Shown here: positions 1 through 10,900 of the stretch, one piece after another
Position numbering within the stretch: position 1 is the stretch's first letter
Layout: every line of letters starts with the position of its first letter
Assembly: GCA_964248365.1 (NCBI GenBank)
Contig: CAXTYC010000004.1
Coordinates: 64,001 to 128,000 of the forward strand
Direction: 5' to 3'
From: an uncultured Chroococcidiopsis sp.
GTDB taxonomy: Bacteria > Cyanobacteriota > Cyanobacteriia > Cyanobacteriales > Chroococcidiopsidaceae
Length of the DNA stretch: 64,000 nt
Position numbers and translations under genes: made by a program
Notes under the pieces: model-generated
The model's input: the letters and a program-made list of their open reading frames with translations, nothing else
Database searches by the model: none
What the model was told of the DNA's origin: nothing

Positions 1-1051
1 CGCCTAAATAGGTTTCTTTGTCAATGCCTACCAAAGGTTGACTTGCCTCAGCCCCCGCTGTTAAATCTGAGTTAGTCCCATGCACATTGCTATTAAGTGT
101 AGTTAGTCCGTGAAACCAACCAATTGCAGCATTACCGCTCCAGCCGTAGGGATATGCCTTAAAAGTATAGGAAGATGGATTTTGCGAGGGATTGTTTTTA
201 TTATCACCCGTTGAGTCAAAGTTGCCTGGAGTCCAAGTTAGAAACGCTGCATCTACAGCTTTTTCTAAGGCTGCTGCATCTGGTAATTTTGCTTGCTTGC
301 CATCTGCATTGATATATGTATGTTCACCAGAGCGAATTTTGAGCGGATTTACACCAGTCTGACGAAACCAAGCAGCTGAATTGCTAGCTAGTGCCAAAAT
401 TAAGCCAGTGTCGAGATCATTGTTTGGTGCGCCTTCTAAAATGCGCCCTGTATTTTTATCAACAGCTGCATGACAAGCCGCGCAAGTAACACCGACACGA
501 ATTTTACCTCTGTGGATGCGGGTTTGAATTCCCAATGGTACGAAAGAACCCGCAGCTACGTCTAATCCTGTGTTAAGTAATGTGCCTTTTTTGAAAGTGC
601 GATCGCCCAAGGTCAAATCCCGATCCAACTTTACCTGCAAATTTGTTGTATGCTTACCACCAAGAGAAGCGATCGCTAGGGTTAAATTCCCAATATTGAG
701 TGGTCCATTTAGAATACCAGTCACATCAGTAAAAAAGACTTCATTGCCAAAAGTCTCTGTATAAAACGCTTTACGACCAAGTTTAATTAAATCCTCAGTT
801 ACAGCCACAGCCCCATTATCTGGTAATAATTCCTCCCCTCCCCCATCTTGTCGTAGATTCGCTGCTTCTTGTTTGCTAATAACTTTACCCAACACATCAT
901 ACGAGCCAATTTCTTGCGCTGTAGGTTGTGTCAATGGTGTATATGTATTATTAACGCTCGGTGTGCCTGGAAAACCCAACTCAATTTGGTATGCCAAGAA
1001 GCTAACGAGGATAATCAAAGATAGCAATATCAACACCGAGCGTAAGCGCAT
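1..1051 (-). CDS. Exported c-type cytochrome-like protein (CXXCH), truncated at window edge
   Basis: Hand translation, absent from the ORF track: MRLRSVLILLSLIILVSFLAYQ (hydrophobic N-terminus) ... RVGVTCAACHAAVD (CXXCH at 470-484); frame stays open to position 1. Confidence 0.8.
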   Translation of the reverse strand, partial: MRLRSVLILLSLIILVSFLAYQIELGFPGTPSVNNTYTPLTQPTAQEIGSYDVLGKVISKQEAANLRQDGGGEELLPDNGAVAVTEDLIKLGRKAFYTETFGNEVFFTDVTGILNGPLNIGNLTLAIASLGGKHTTNLQVKLDRDLTLGDRTFKKGTLLNTGLDVAAGSFVPLGIQTRIHRGKIRVGVTCAACHAAVDKNTGRILEGAPNNDLDTGLILALASNSAAWFRQTGVNPLKIRSGEHTYINADGKQAKLPDAAALEKAVDAAFLTWTPGNFDSTGDNKNNPSQNPSSYTFKAYPYGWSGNAAIGWFHGLTTLNSNVHGTNSDLTAGAEASQPLVGIDKETYLG

Positions 1052-1075
1052 AATACCTTGCTAGCCATTAGTTCT

Positions 1076-1139
1076 GTAGGAGCGGGTTTATTAGAAATAC
1101 CTGTCCTCAAACAGACAAGTTAGTCAAACCCGCCCTTAC
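1076..1139. repeat. 64-bp REP/SDR-like palindromic element
   Basis: GTAGGAGCGGGTTT...AAACCCGCCCTTAC terminal inverted repeats; a related 64-bp copy lies at 23224-23287. Confidence 0.8.
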
Positions 1140-1424
1140 TTTATGGCGAGCAACGCCGTTTATCGTCTGTCTAGAGAAAGAAAGAGTGATAGGGGAGATG
1201 GGGACAATTACCAATTACCAACTACCAATTACCTATTACCTAACGTCGCAGACGCTCTTGATATATATTGTAAAATTACAAAGAAAATATCAAACTTTTT
1301 GAATAATAAGCTTGGTTTAAATAAGTAGGTGGACATAATTAAGTATAAGATGCGCTCAAGAGTGAAAACATGGCAGTAAAATTTTTTCCCCTTTTCCCTT
1401 TTCCCTTTTCCCTTCTACTTAGCT

Positions 1425-2837
1425 ATGTCAATTGAACGAAAAACATATATATTCAAACCTCCATTCCGCCGTTCTCTCTGGCTGGAAAGATTAATAGCAA
1501 TTATTGCCTTAGTTAATTTTTGTCTAGTCCTATTTGACTTGACTTATATAAGCTGGCGTGATTTTTATTTTGAAAATGTTCCTAGCTTGGTTCAGTTATA
1601 CGATCCAATTAAAGGAATTGAACTCCATCGAGAAACTCAAGGCTATCTCCATCAGGTTCAGGAATTGGAAACACAGCTCAGGCAAACAGGTTTACAATCA
1701 CCTCCGGTAGAAAAATCTTTAGAAAATCTGCGCTCGCTAAGTAATGAGCTAATTGAAGATAATCCCTTTGCTGTAGCGAATAAAACTGGAAATTTAGAAA
1801 AAATCAAAAATCAGATCCGCGATCGCGTTGGCATATCCTCTGCTCATACTGCCTTCTCGACTTTTTGGAGTATAGCATATCTTTCTTCCTCGGGTTGGGA
1901 AAAAGAAATTAATTTTTTCAACATTCATATTAAACCTTTAATTGAAACTAACTACCATCGCCGACTTGGAATTAATGGTAAATTTGTTGACAAATTTTGG
2001 TTAATAGACTTACCTTTTGTGGTCTTATTCGGTCTAGAATTTTTAATTCGTACTTTTTATCTTAGTCGCCAACAACCAGGATTAAACTGGTTAGAAGCGA
2101 TGCTGCGACGCTGGTACGATATCTTTTTGTTGCTTCCCTTTTGGCGATGGCTTAGAGCGATTACGGTAACAATTCGTCTTTACCAAGCACAATTATTAAA
2201 TCTCGAACCTGTACGCCGACAAATTCAACACGATTTTGTCAGTAATTTTGCTGAAGATCTCACAGAGATTGTAGGTATCCGCTTGATTGATCAGGTTCAA
2301 GAAGCAATTGAGCGGGGTGATGCTGCTCGCTGGCTTTTACGAAGTGAGCGCCGACCATATATTAATATTAATAATACCAATGAAGTGCAGGCGATCGCCT
2401 CTCGCTTGCTCCACCTAATTGTTTATCAAGTTATCCCAAAACTTCGACCAGAGATAGAAGCTTTACTACATTACAATATTACCACAATCCTCAGTAAATC
2501 ACCTATTTATCAACAAGTCCAAAGTGTACCAGGTCTAAATAACTTACCCAAAGAATTGACTGAAAGATTAGTGACAGACATATCTCAATCGACTTACAGC
2601 ACACTGACAACTTTGTTAGAAGATCCTATCGTAATGGAAATGTCGAATCGTCTGATGCAAAACTTTAGTGAAGCATTAGAAGTAGAAGTTAAAAAGCAGC
2701 ATAACCTACAAGAAATTCAAAGTTTGTTATCTGATTTGCTTGAAGAAATCAAAATTAACTATGTCAAGGGAATTGCCCAAGGAGGAGTTGAAAAGAGTAG
2801 AGAAGAAGCAGAATTACTGCGTCAAATTATTAAATAG
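1425..2837 (+). CDS. Conserved cyanobacterial membrane protein with ion-transport S1-S4-like helices
   Basis: 470 aa; TM segments with IDLPFVVLFGLEFLIR and RRWYDIFLLLPFWRWLR. Confidence 0.65.
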   Translation: MSIERKTYIFKPPFRRSLWLERLIAIIALVNFCLVLFDLTYISWRDFYFENVPSLVQLYDPIKGIELHRETQGYLHQVQELETQLRQTGLQSPPVEKSLENLRSLSNELIEDNPFAVANKTGNLEKIKNQIRDRVGISSAHTAFSTFWSIAYLSSSGWEKEINFFNIHIKPLIETNYHRRLGINGKFVDKFWLIDLPFVVLFGLEFLIRTFYLSRQQPGLNWLEAMLRRWYDIFLLLPFWRWLRAITVTIRLYQAQLLNLEPVRRQIQHDFVSNFAEDLTEIVGIRLIDQVQEAIERGDAARWLLRSERRPYININNTNEVQAIASRLLHLIVYQVIPKLRPEIEALLHYNITTILSKSPIYQQVQSVPGLNNLPKELTERLVTDISQSTYSTLTTLLEDPIVMEMSNRLMQNFSEALEVEVKKQHNLQEIQSLLSDLLEEIKINYVKGIAQGGVEKSREEAELLRQIIK

Positions 2838-2905
2838 CTGTTAGCTGTAACTGATAGTTGGTAGTTGGTAACAGGTATTGAGTAACTGGTAACTGGCTAT
2901 AGCAG

Positions 2906-3376
2906 TTACCAGATGCTAAGTGATTTGTCATCGGGCATGACTGCCCCATGTAGAACTGTAAAATTTAGCTTAGCATTAGTCAAATCTGCCTCAACTAAGA
3001 AGGCATTGCATAAATTTGCCATACTTAAATCAGCCTCAACTAAGTCAGCGAAACCAAGATTAGCCTCAGTTATGTTTGCTTGAGATAAGTTAGCCTGACT
3101 CAAAGAAGCCGCAATTAAATTTGCTTCTATCAGGTTTGCATCCTTTAAATTTGCCTTGCTCAGGTTTGCTTCACTTAGATTAGCCTTTCTGAAGTTAACT
3201 TTATATAGATTTGCCCCTTTCAAGTTAACCTGAGCTAGATTAGCCTCATTTAGGTTGGCATGACTTAGATTAATACCGTTCAAATTTGCGTCAGATAAGT
3301 TTGCACCAATTAAATTTACGTTACTAAAATCTCTTTCCCCTTGTCGATAACGCCTTAAAAGTTCATCTGCATTCAT
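2906..3376 (-). CDS. Pentapeptide repeat protein
   Basis: A(N/D)LXX repeats; typical MNADELLRRYRQGERDFS N-terminus. Confidence 0.95.
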   Translation of the reverse strand: MNADELLRRYRQGERDFSNVNLIGANLSDANLNGINLSHANLNEANLAQVNLKGANLYKVNFRKANLSEANLSKANLKDANLIEANLIAASLSQANLSQANITEANLGFADLVEADLSMANLCNAFLVEADLTNAKLNFTVLHGAVMPDDKSLSIW

Positions 3377-3653
3377 GTAACTTATCTCTCAATATAAATA
3401 CTTTTTTGAAATGTATTCTCTTGTTCTCAGGCTGAGCCTGGAAGAGCCTTGGTAGACTAATAGTGCAAAATCCAAGAAAAACAGCAAAGTTACTGATCTA
3501 GCAATTTAGCTGTAACTGTTTTACTAAGATTCCATCTCAAGAAAGAGAGTCAAGTTAAGTTTGATTGTATATTTTTGTACTAAATATTCTTTAAAAAAAT
3601 TTCTACACGCTGACAAATTTTCCAAGTTTCTAGTCACCAAGTGTAGGGAGAAA

Positions 3654-4256
3654 TTAACAAATAGGAAGATTACCTGGATTCACAGCATGAATATACTCAC
3701 TACCTGAATCAGGCCAACCTCTTTTATACGCAGCTTCCTGTGGTTGTCCCCATCCCAGTTGCAGCACAATTTCCAAAAAATTTGAATTCTCCGACTTCCA
3801 AAGACTAGCCCATTGAGTTCTCTGAATAATTCTTTCGACATCAATGGGTATAATCTGCCGATAGTTTTTTCCGTGATTAAAACTTAGATATATATCCATG
3901 CCAACGGTGACTTCATTCCAGAAGGCAATAATAGAAGCTTTGAAATCGAGGAGTATTTCTATATCGCTAGCCAAGGCAATCAGCTGAGCATCTACTTCGG
4001 GATAGCACAGAGTTTTGCCTTTTACAGTCAGTTGTCGCCAGACAATGCCTGAAACACCATTTTCTCTTTGGTAACGGTGAACAGCAGCCTTGAAGTCTTG
4101 ATAAGCGGTAAATTTTTGCAACCCTTCGGCTTTGAGATACTTGTCAATGACAGAATTGCCTGAAACCTTGGCGGCTAAGTTTAGACGCTGCCCCTGAAGA
4201 CAAGCCATCCGCTCGTTTGCCAAAATTTGGATTAGCTGCTGCGTAGTGTAGACCAT
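3654..4256 (-). CDS. Hypothetical protein
   Basis: 200-aa ORF with ATG start; no motif recognised. Confidence 0.7.
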   Translation of the reverse strand: MVYTTQQLIQILANERMACLQGQRLNLAAKVSGNSVIDKYLKAEGLQKFTAYQDFKAAVHRYQRENGVSGIVWRQLTVKGKTLCYPEVDAQLIALASDIEILLDFKASIIAFWNEVTVGMDIYLSFNHGKNYRQIIPIDVERIIQRTQWASLWKSENSNFLEIVLQLGWGQPQEAAYKRGWPDSGSEYIHAVNPGNLPIC

Positions 4257-4318
4257 GAGCTAGTGCCTAGGGTCGAGTATAGAGAATATGGTAGCTACCT
4301 GAATTATCTATTGAAGAA

Positions 4319-4550
4319 GGGGCTAGGGGCTAGGGGAAGAGGCGCTCGTGCGCTCGTGCGAGAGGCTAGAGGAACCAGAAGTTAGAGGAACCAGAGGAAC
4401 CAGAGGAACCAGAGGAACCAGAGGATTTTGGATTGGATTGGATTGGTAGTTGGTAGTTGGTAGTTGGTACTTGAGAATTGGTAACTGGTAACTGGTAACT
4501 GGTAATTCTCCCCTTTGCTCCCCCAGCCCCTTTGCCCCTAGCCCCTCCTC
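4319..4550. repeat. Composite STRR array
   Basis: GGGGCTA, (GGAACCAGA)n, (TGGTAGT)n, (GGTAACT)n, followed by C-rich CCCCTAG units. Confidence 0.9.
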
Positions 4551-4551
4551 T

Positions 4552-5145
4552 TCACTTTGCTAATTCAGAGCTTAACTCGTTTACTGGTCGTCGCTTCAAC
4601 TCGACAGACTCTGAGCGGGGTAGCAAGTCAAACACTTCCCTCAAGGTGTCGTCTATTTCTTCATACGGTACTTGCCCTTTTTTGTTCAGGACAATCTTAC
4701 CCGCTTGATTAAACACGACGACTTGAGGAACCACACCTTTGTAGTAATACCCAGCTTCCCCTGGTGCATAGGTAGATTTAGGTGGGATGGCATCTACATT
4801 TACGGGAATGATATTTGTTGCCCGACCATAGAATGCTTGCAGGCGCGAAACGACTGGAGCATATTGCTTGCAGTCGCTGCAATCGTCTAGGTAAAGTACT
4901 AGCACAGTTGCCCTTTTGCTTTGCTGCAACGACTTTTCTAACTTGACTTTAGGTGGGACTAAGGAGGCATTACCGCCATATAAGACGAAGACGTTACCCT
5001 CATAACTGTCGTCTTTGATACCTGCCAAAGCAGATGGCATCCCTAGTAGGAAAAACAGACATCCCAGCAGCAGCAAAAACCTGGTGCAAAGACGCTGCCA
5101 AGAACGAATAGCTCTGATGGGTGAGTGTAACATGAGAAGATTCAT
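4552..5145 (-). CDS. Thioredoxin-like thylakoid protein (photosystem I accumulation factor family)
   Basis: Signal/TM segment, YEGNVFVLYGGNASLVPP, CSDC motif, cis-Pro VPQ. Confidence 0.75.
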   Translation of the reverse strand: MNLLMLHSPIRAIRSWQRLCTRFLLLLGCLFFLLGMPSALAGIKDDSYEGNVFVLYGGNASLVPPKVKLEKSLQQSKRATVLVLYLDDCSDCKQYAPVVSRLQAFYGRATNIIPVNVDAIPPKSTYAPGEAGYYYKGVVPQVVVFNQAGKIVLNKKGQVPYEEIDDTLREVFDLLPRSESVELKRRPVNELSSELAK

Positions 5146-5241
5146 AGCACAAAGCTGTAGATTCGATCCGATAGTCTGTATCTATTAGAGCATCGTAAAA
5201 TACTGTCTTGCCATGCAGTTGCCTTTTTTGTGCGGTAATGG

Positions 5242-5270
5242 GTAGAGACGTAGCACTGCTACGTCTGTAC
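5242..5270. repeat. Small palindromic dispersed repeat
   Basis: GTAGAGACGTAGCACTGCTACGTCTGTAC near-perfect palindrome with GTAG end. Confidence 0.75.
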
Positions 5271-5733
5271 TTTTTTATTCTCCGCTTTGAATTACGAATT
5301 ACAAATTACTATGATTTTGTATTTTTGCATACGGAAATATTTGTACTAATATTGCGTATATACAAAAGCATCAATTGAACTTGGGTAAACTGTAATCTTA
5401 CAGTCAAAGTAATATTTATCAGATCTTGATATCCTAGGCTGACCACAAATAAAAATAATTAAAGTAAAAACAGCGCTTTTCAGGAAATGCACCTGACATT
5501 TTTGTCTTTGTACGCTTAGATAATTGATAAAACATCTATCTAAAGACTGAATTACTGTAAGACATTGGTGATGTAATTTACCTCTCAAGTTTATTTCTGC
5601 TTGAACTTTTGGCAGTTACGATTTGGACTAAGCTCTTTAGGAATTTGGGCGAGGAATTACAAATCTAAAAGCTAATCTAAAATCATCGAGTAAACCTTGA
5701 GCCTGAAAAGCTTAATCCAAGTTTTCAATTTAG

Positions 5734-5765
5734 TTGACAGCAAGGACTAATAGATGTATATCTAT
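5734..5765 (+). promoter_or_regulatory. Putative sigma70 promoter with overlapping ArsR-type operator
   Basis: TTGACA (5734) + 17 nt + TATATC; palindrome ATAGAT-GTAT-ATCTAT at 5750-5765 covers the -10. Confidence 0.55.
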
Positions 5766-5816
5766 ATATAAATAAGTGTTGACGGTTGCGTTAGTAAAAA
5801 TTAGAGGAAATATTAG

Positions 5817-6125
5817 GTGAACGCAACCCAGTTTCAAAGGGTGGCGAAAGCCCTGGCAGAGCAGCGACGATTCGAGATATTAGAGGCGATCGCTATGAAT
5901 CAGGAATTGTCATGCAAAGAGATAGTAGAACAATTTACCGTATCGCAGGCAACAATTTCTCATCACCTGAAGGAGTTAATAAATGCTGGGTTAGTTAAGC
6001 CCCGCCGAGAAGGACAATACTGTTATTACAGCTTATGCCCTGAAGTTTTATCAGAATATATTTCCCAGTTACATCAACTCGTTGGACTGGGGATAGGGGG
6101 GCAAAAATCAAGAAATTTTATATAA
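5817..6125 (+). CDS. ArsR/SmtB family transcriptional regulator
   Basis: KALAEQRRFEIL...VSQATISHHLKELINAGLV...RREGQ. Confidence 0.95.
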   Translation: MNATQFQRVAKALAEQRRFEILEAIAMNQELSCKEIVEQFTVSQATISHHLKELINAGLVKPRREGQYCYYSLCPEVLSEYISQLHQLVGLGIGGQKSRNFI

Positions 6126-6294
6126 GAAAAGGAGAAAACTATGCGCGATCGCGCATAAGTTGAATAGATGGTATCAGCCATCAACGAACAAATATTGAAT
6201 AATTTGTAACCGTTATCAGACGGTAGTTTTGAAATTTAGGTACGAAGAAATTCTAACCAAAAACATTATTACAATCGTAACTGCTGTGTAAGAC

Positions 6295-7719
6295 ATGGAA
6301 ACATCCGAATCCCAAGCTCAAGCTCAAGCGCCTGTTGTAGAAGAGCGTACTCCACAGACTTCACCCAAGCCACCACGAACACGGCGACGGTGGCTTTGGC
6401 TATTGTTATCTCTATTGCTACTGCTAGGTGGAGGATTTGTGGTTTGGCGGGTGCTAGCTGCACGCAATCAATCAGCCCAGGAAGCTGCTGCTCAACCCCA
6501 AGCGGTAAGAGTTAGGATAGCGGAGGTAAACGCACAAACGATTAACGAGAGTTCAGAATATATCGCCAACCTAGAATCGCGTCGTAGTGTAACTCTTTTG
6601 CCGCAAATCCAAGGACGGGTAACAGACATCTTTGTAAGAGATGGTGATAATGTCCCAGCTGGGAAAGTGCTGCTCCAAATAAATCGTGAACAACAACAAG
6701 CAGCAGTCAGCGGTGCGCAGGCAGCAGCAGCAGCAGCACGTTCACAAGTAGAAAATGTCAGGGCGACGCTCAGTTCCCTAGAGGCACAGCGGCTATCTAA
6801 TCAGTCCAATGTGGAATTAAACCAAAAAGAATATGCAAGGTATTCTAGCCTTGCCGATCAAGGAGCAGTAGCTCGCTCAGTTGCAGATCAATATACAAAT
6901 AGGATACAGACAGCTAGGGCTAGCTTAGCTGCGATCGACAAACAAATTCAAGCGCAAAGAGCTGCACTGGCAGCGGCGCAACAGCAGTTGCAGGAAGCTC
7001 AAGCGGGTACTAGAGGACAACAGGCACAGCTTAATTACTACCAAATTTCAGCCCCCTTTGCTGGCACAGTTGGCGACATTCCGGTGAAAGTGGGTGACTT
7101 CGTGAATACGAGCACTCAACTGACTTCCCTCACCCAAAACCGACCCTTAGAGGTGAACATCTCTGTACCGACAGAACGAGCGCCTCAATTGCGACAAGGA
7201 ATGACCGTAGAGCTACTAGACGCTCAAGGTAAGAGCATGGGGACAAGTAGAATATTTTTCATTGCGCCTAATACGGCAAATAACACTCAATCAGTACTGG
7301 TCAAATCGTTGTATGAAAATTCCAATGGTCAACTACGAGCCGACCAATATGTGCGGGCAAGAGTAATCTGGAACCAGCAATCAGGAGTATTGGTTCCGGC
7401 TACGGCAATAACTCGCTTGGGTGGAGAGACTTTTGTGTTTGTAGCGCAGCAAGCACCACCACGACAACAAACCGAACAATCAACTGGACAGTCAAATCAA
7501 CAATCCCAAAGCGCACCGCAGTTAGTAGCGCGGCAAAAACCCGTGAAATTGGGCATTATCCAGGGTAATAATTACCAAGTGCTGTCAGGATTAAAGCCAG
7601 GAGAAAGAATTATTGTTTCAGGGCTTTTGAACCTGAGAGATGGCGTTCCCATTACTCCAGAATCCGCTGCGAATCGAAGCCAGTCAACAATAGAACAAGG
7701 GGGACAAACTAAAAGCTGA
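6295..7719 (+). CDS. RND efflux periplasmic adaptor (MFP) subunit
   Basis: N-terminal TM, lipoyl halves (PQIQGRVTDIFVRDGD; ISAPFAGTVGDIPVKVGD), coiled-coil hairpin. Confidence 0.95.
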   Translation: METSESQAQAQAPVVEERTPQTSPKPPRTRRRWLWLLLSLLLLLGGGFVVWRVLAARNQSAQEAAAQPQAVRVRIAEVNAQTINESSEYIANLESRRSVTLLPQIQGRVTDIFVRDGDNVPAGKVLLQINREQQQAAVSGAQAAAAAARSQVENVRATLSSLEAQRLSNQSNVELNQKEYARYSSLADQGAVARSVADQYTNRIQTARASLAAIDKQIQAQRAALAAAQQQLQEAQAGTRGQQAQLNYYQISAPFAGTVGDIPVKVGDFVNTSTQLTSLTQNRPLEVNISVPTERAPQLRQGMTVELLDAQGKSMGTSRIFFIAPNTANNTQSVLVKSLYENSNGQLRADQYVRARVIWNQQSGVLVPATAITRLGGETFVFVAQQAPPRQQTEQSTGQSNQQSQSAPQLVARQKPVKLGIIQGNNYQVLSGLKPGERIIVSGLLNLRDGVPITPESAANRSQSTIEQGGQTKS

Positions 7720-7945
7720 AGGCAAAAAGGATAAAGGATGAAGGTTGAAGGGGAAAGGGCAAAGGGCAAAGGGCAAAGGTTTTGAGTTATGAGTTACTCG
7801 TAAAGAGTTATGAGTTAAAAACTTAAACAATTCAAAACTCACAGCAGAAAAACTCAAAACTCTTTACTTCATACTTCACACTTCATACTTCATACTTCAC
7901 ACTTCATTTACCTCTCGCCCCTTATCGCTTGCCCCTTAACCCCAA
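7720..7945. repeat. Composite STRR array
   Basis: (AAAGGGC)n, GAGTTAT, (CTTCATA/CTTCACA)n. Confidence 0.85.
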
Positions 7946-7954
7946 TATTTGCCT

Positions 7955-10900
7955 ATGTTTGTTGATTTTTTTATTAAGCGACCCGTTTTTTCGAGTGTCT
8001 GCGCCCTGATTATCTTGCTGTTGGGGGCAATCAGCATTCCCACTCTACCTACCGCCAGATTGCCGGAAATTGCCCCGCCCCAAGTTCAAGTTAGTACTAA
8101 CTATGTTGGAGCCAGTGCTGAAGTCGTGGAAGACACAGTTACGACTGTTTTAGAAAGACAGATCAACGGTGTCGAAGGCTTGAGGTACATGGAGTCGAGC
8201 AGCAGTAACGATGGTACTAGTACGATTCAAATCACATTTGATCCGTCACGGAACAAAGATATTGCGGCTGTTGATGTTCAGAACCGCGTGTCGATCGCTA
8301 CACCACAGTTACCAGAACAGGTGCGGCAGGTAGGAGTCACTATTAATAAGCAGCCTCCTAACATCCTTTTAGCAATGGGATTGTACTCGGAAAATAATGA
8401 GTACGACAATATCTTTTTAAGCAACTACACTGACTTGTACATAGTAGATGCCTTAAAAAGAATACAGGGCGTGAGTGACGCGCGAATTTTTGGCGAACGC
8501 CGCTATGCTATGCGTTTGTGGCTAGATCCCAACAAACTCGCCAGCCGCAATCTCACGGCTCAGGATGTGGTCAATGCGCTGCAAGAACAGAACTTACAGG
8601 TGGGTGCTGGGCAAATCGGTCAGCCACCAACGATGGATGGGCAACAGTATCAAATTGACCTGCGGGCGATCGGCAGACTTACCGATGTATCAGAATATGA
8701 AAACATGGTCATCCGCCCAGGGACAGATGGAACCCTCGTCACGCTAAAAGATGTGGGTAGGGCTGAACTGGGAGCGCAAAGCTACAACTCTTTTGTGCGC
8801 TATAGCGGTAAAGAAGGAGTTGGTATCTTGATATTTCCGATTCCAGGCAGCAATGCCTTGAATGTTGCTAAAGAAGTCAAAGCGGAAATGGAAAGGCTGG
8901 CTAAGGAGTTTCCGCCAGGAATGAAATATCAGGTAGCGTTTGACACAACTTTGTTTGTGGAAGAGTCGCTCAGAGAAGTGATCAAGACGCTGTATGAGGC
9001 AATCCTGCTGGTGATCCTGGTGATTTTTATTTTCTTGCAGGATTGGCGCACTACCCTAATTCCCGTTATCACCATTCCGCTTTCGTTGATTGGAACCTTT
9101 GCCTTTATCAAAGCTTTTGGGTTTTCGATCAACATTCTGACTTTATTTGGGATTACTTTGGCAACAGGGCTGGTAGTCGATGACGCGATCGTTGTGGTTG
9201 AAAATATCGCTCGCTTGATTCAAAATGAAGGAATGCCGCCGCGTCAGGCTGCCTCTGAGTCAATGCACGAACTGAGTGGGGCAGTAATTGCAACCTCCCT
9301 GGTGCTAATGGCAGTGTTTGTACCTGTGGCGTTCTTTCCTGGCTCGACGGGACAGATATATAAACAATTTGCCCTCACGATCGCCTTTTCGATCGCTCTT
9401 TCTACCTTTCTTGCCCTCACCCTTACTCCATCCCTCGCAGGCATCCTGCTGCGTCCACAGCAAAGAGCTTGGGGAATTTTTGGCTGGTTTTTCGATCGCT
9501 TTAATTGGGGCTTTGAAAAATTGCGCCAAGGATATGAGCGAAGTCTTAAGCGCCTGACACACCTCAAACCACTTGTGTTGGGAGTATTTGTTGTGTTCTT
9601 GGTGCTGACAGGCGTGCTGTATACGCGCGTACCTACAGGATTTCTCCCCGACGAAGACCAAGGCTATTTCATCAACATTATTCAAGGACCAGAGGGAGCT
9701 TCCTTGAATTACACCGATGAAGTTATGAAAAAGGTGGAAGCACAATTGCTCAAAATGCCCGAAGTCCGAGGAACTTTCGCCGCTGGTGGCTTTGGTTTGG
9801 GTACTAGTGGTAATAATGCCAACAAAGGAGCGATTTTTGCGCCCCTCAAGCCTTGGGGTGAACGACACGGGGAAGAACACTCAGCCGCAGGGCTGATCAA
9901 AAAAATGTTGGGATTCTATTCGACAATTCCCGACGCACGAGTAGTAGCAGCTAATCCACCACCGATTCAGGGTTTAGGTAATGTTAGCGGCTTCTCGTAT
10001 AAGCTGGAAGACCGCAGAGGTAACAATTCCGTAGATACACTGCTAGGAGTCTCGAAACAGTTAATTCAAAGAGCTAATCAAACACCTGGATTGCAAGCTG
10101 TATTTACCAGTTTTGGCGCAAATTCGCCGCAAATGGACATTGAAATCGATCGCAACAAAGCTAAAGCGCTCTTTGTCAATGTAGACGATATCTTAAATAC
10201 GCTGCAAAGTAACTTCGGTGCGCGATACGTCAACGATTTCAATTTGCAAGGACGGACTTATCGGGTGTATGTCCAGGCAGATAAACAGTTTCGCTCCAAC
10301 CCTGATGATATTGGTCGGTTGTACGTTCGTTCTCAACCAACTGCCCCCAATCAACAACCTCAGATGATTCCTCTGAGCAACCTGGTGAAAGTTACTCCCA
10401 CCACTGGGGAGCAAACAATTAATCACTACAACTTGTACCGAGCGATTGAAATCAATGGATCAAACGCCCGAGGCACTAGCTCTGGACAAGCAATCCAAAA
10501 GATGGAGCAACTATCTGCGGAAATTTTGCCGCCAAGTATGGGCTATGAATGGTCAGCGCTATCTAGAGAAGAGCAAGAGTCTGGGGGTAAAGCACCGATA
10601 ATTTTTGGTTTGGGGCTTATCTTCGTCTTTCTGGTGCTGGCGGCACAGTACGAGAATTACGTTGACCCTCTGATTATTATGCTCTCAGTTCCCCTAGCGA
10701 TCTTCGGGGCGCTCTCAGCGATGTCGCTGCGTGGTCTAACCAACGATGTGTATTGCCAAGTCGGTCTAGTGATGCTGATTGGTCTAGCTAGTAAGAATGC
10801 GATTCTAATTGTGGAATTTGCTAACCAACTGCGAGAAAGAGGCGTTTCGATTACTCAAGCAGCTGTGGATGCAGCACAAGAACGCCTCAGACCAATTCTG

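Noticed and set aside
4370..4505. CRISPR array
   Set aside because: 7-9-nt tandem units with no unique spacers; no cas genes in the window.
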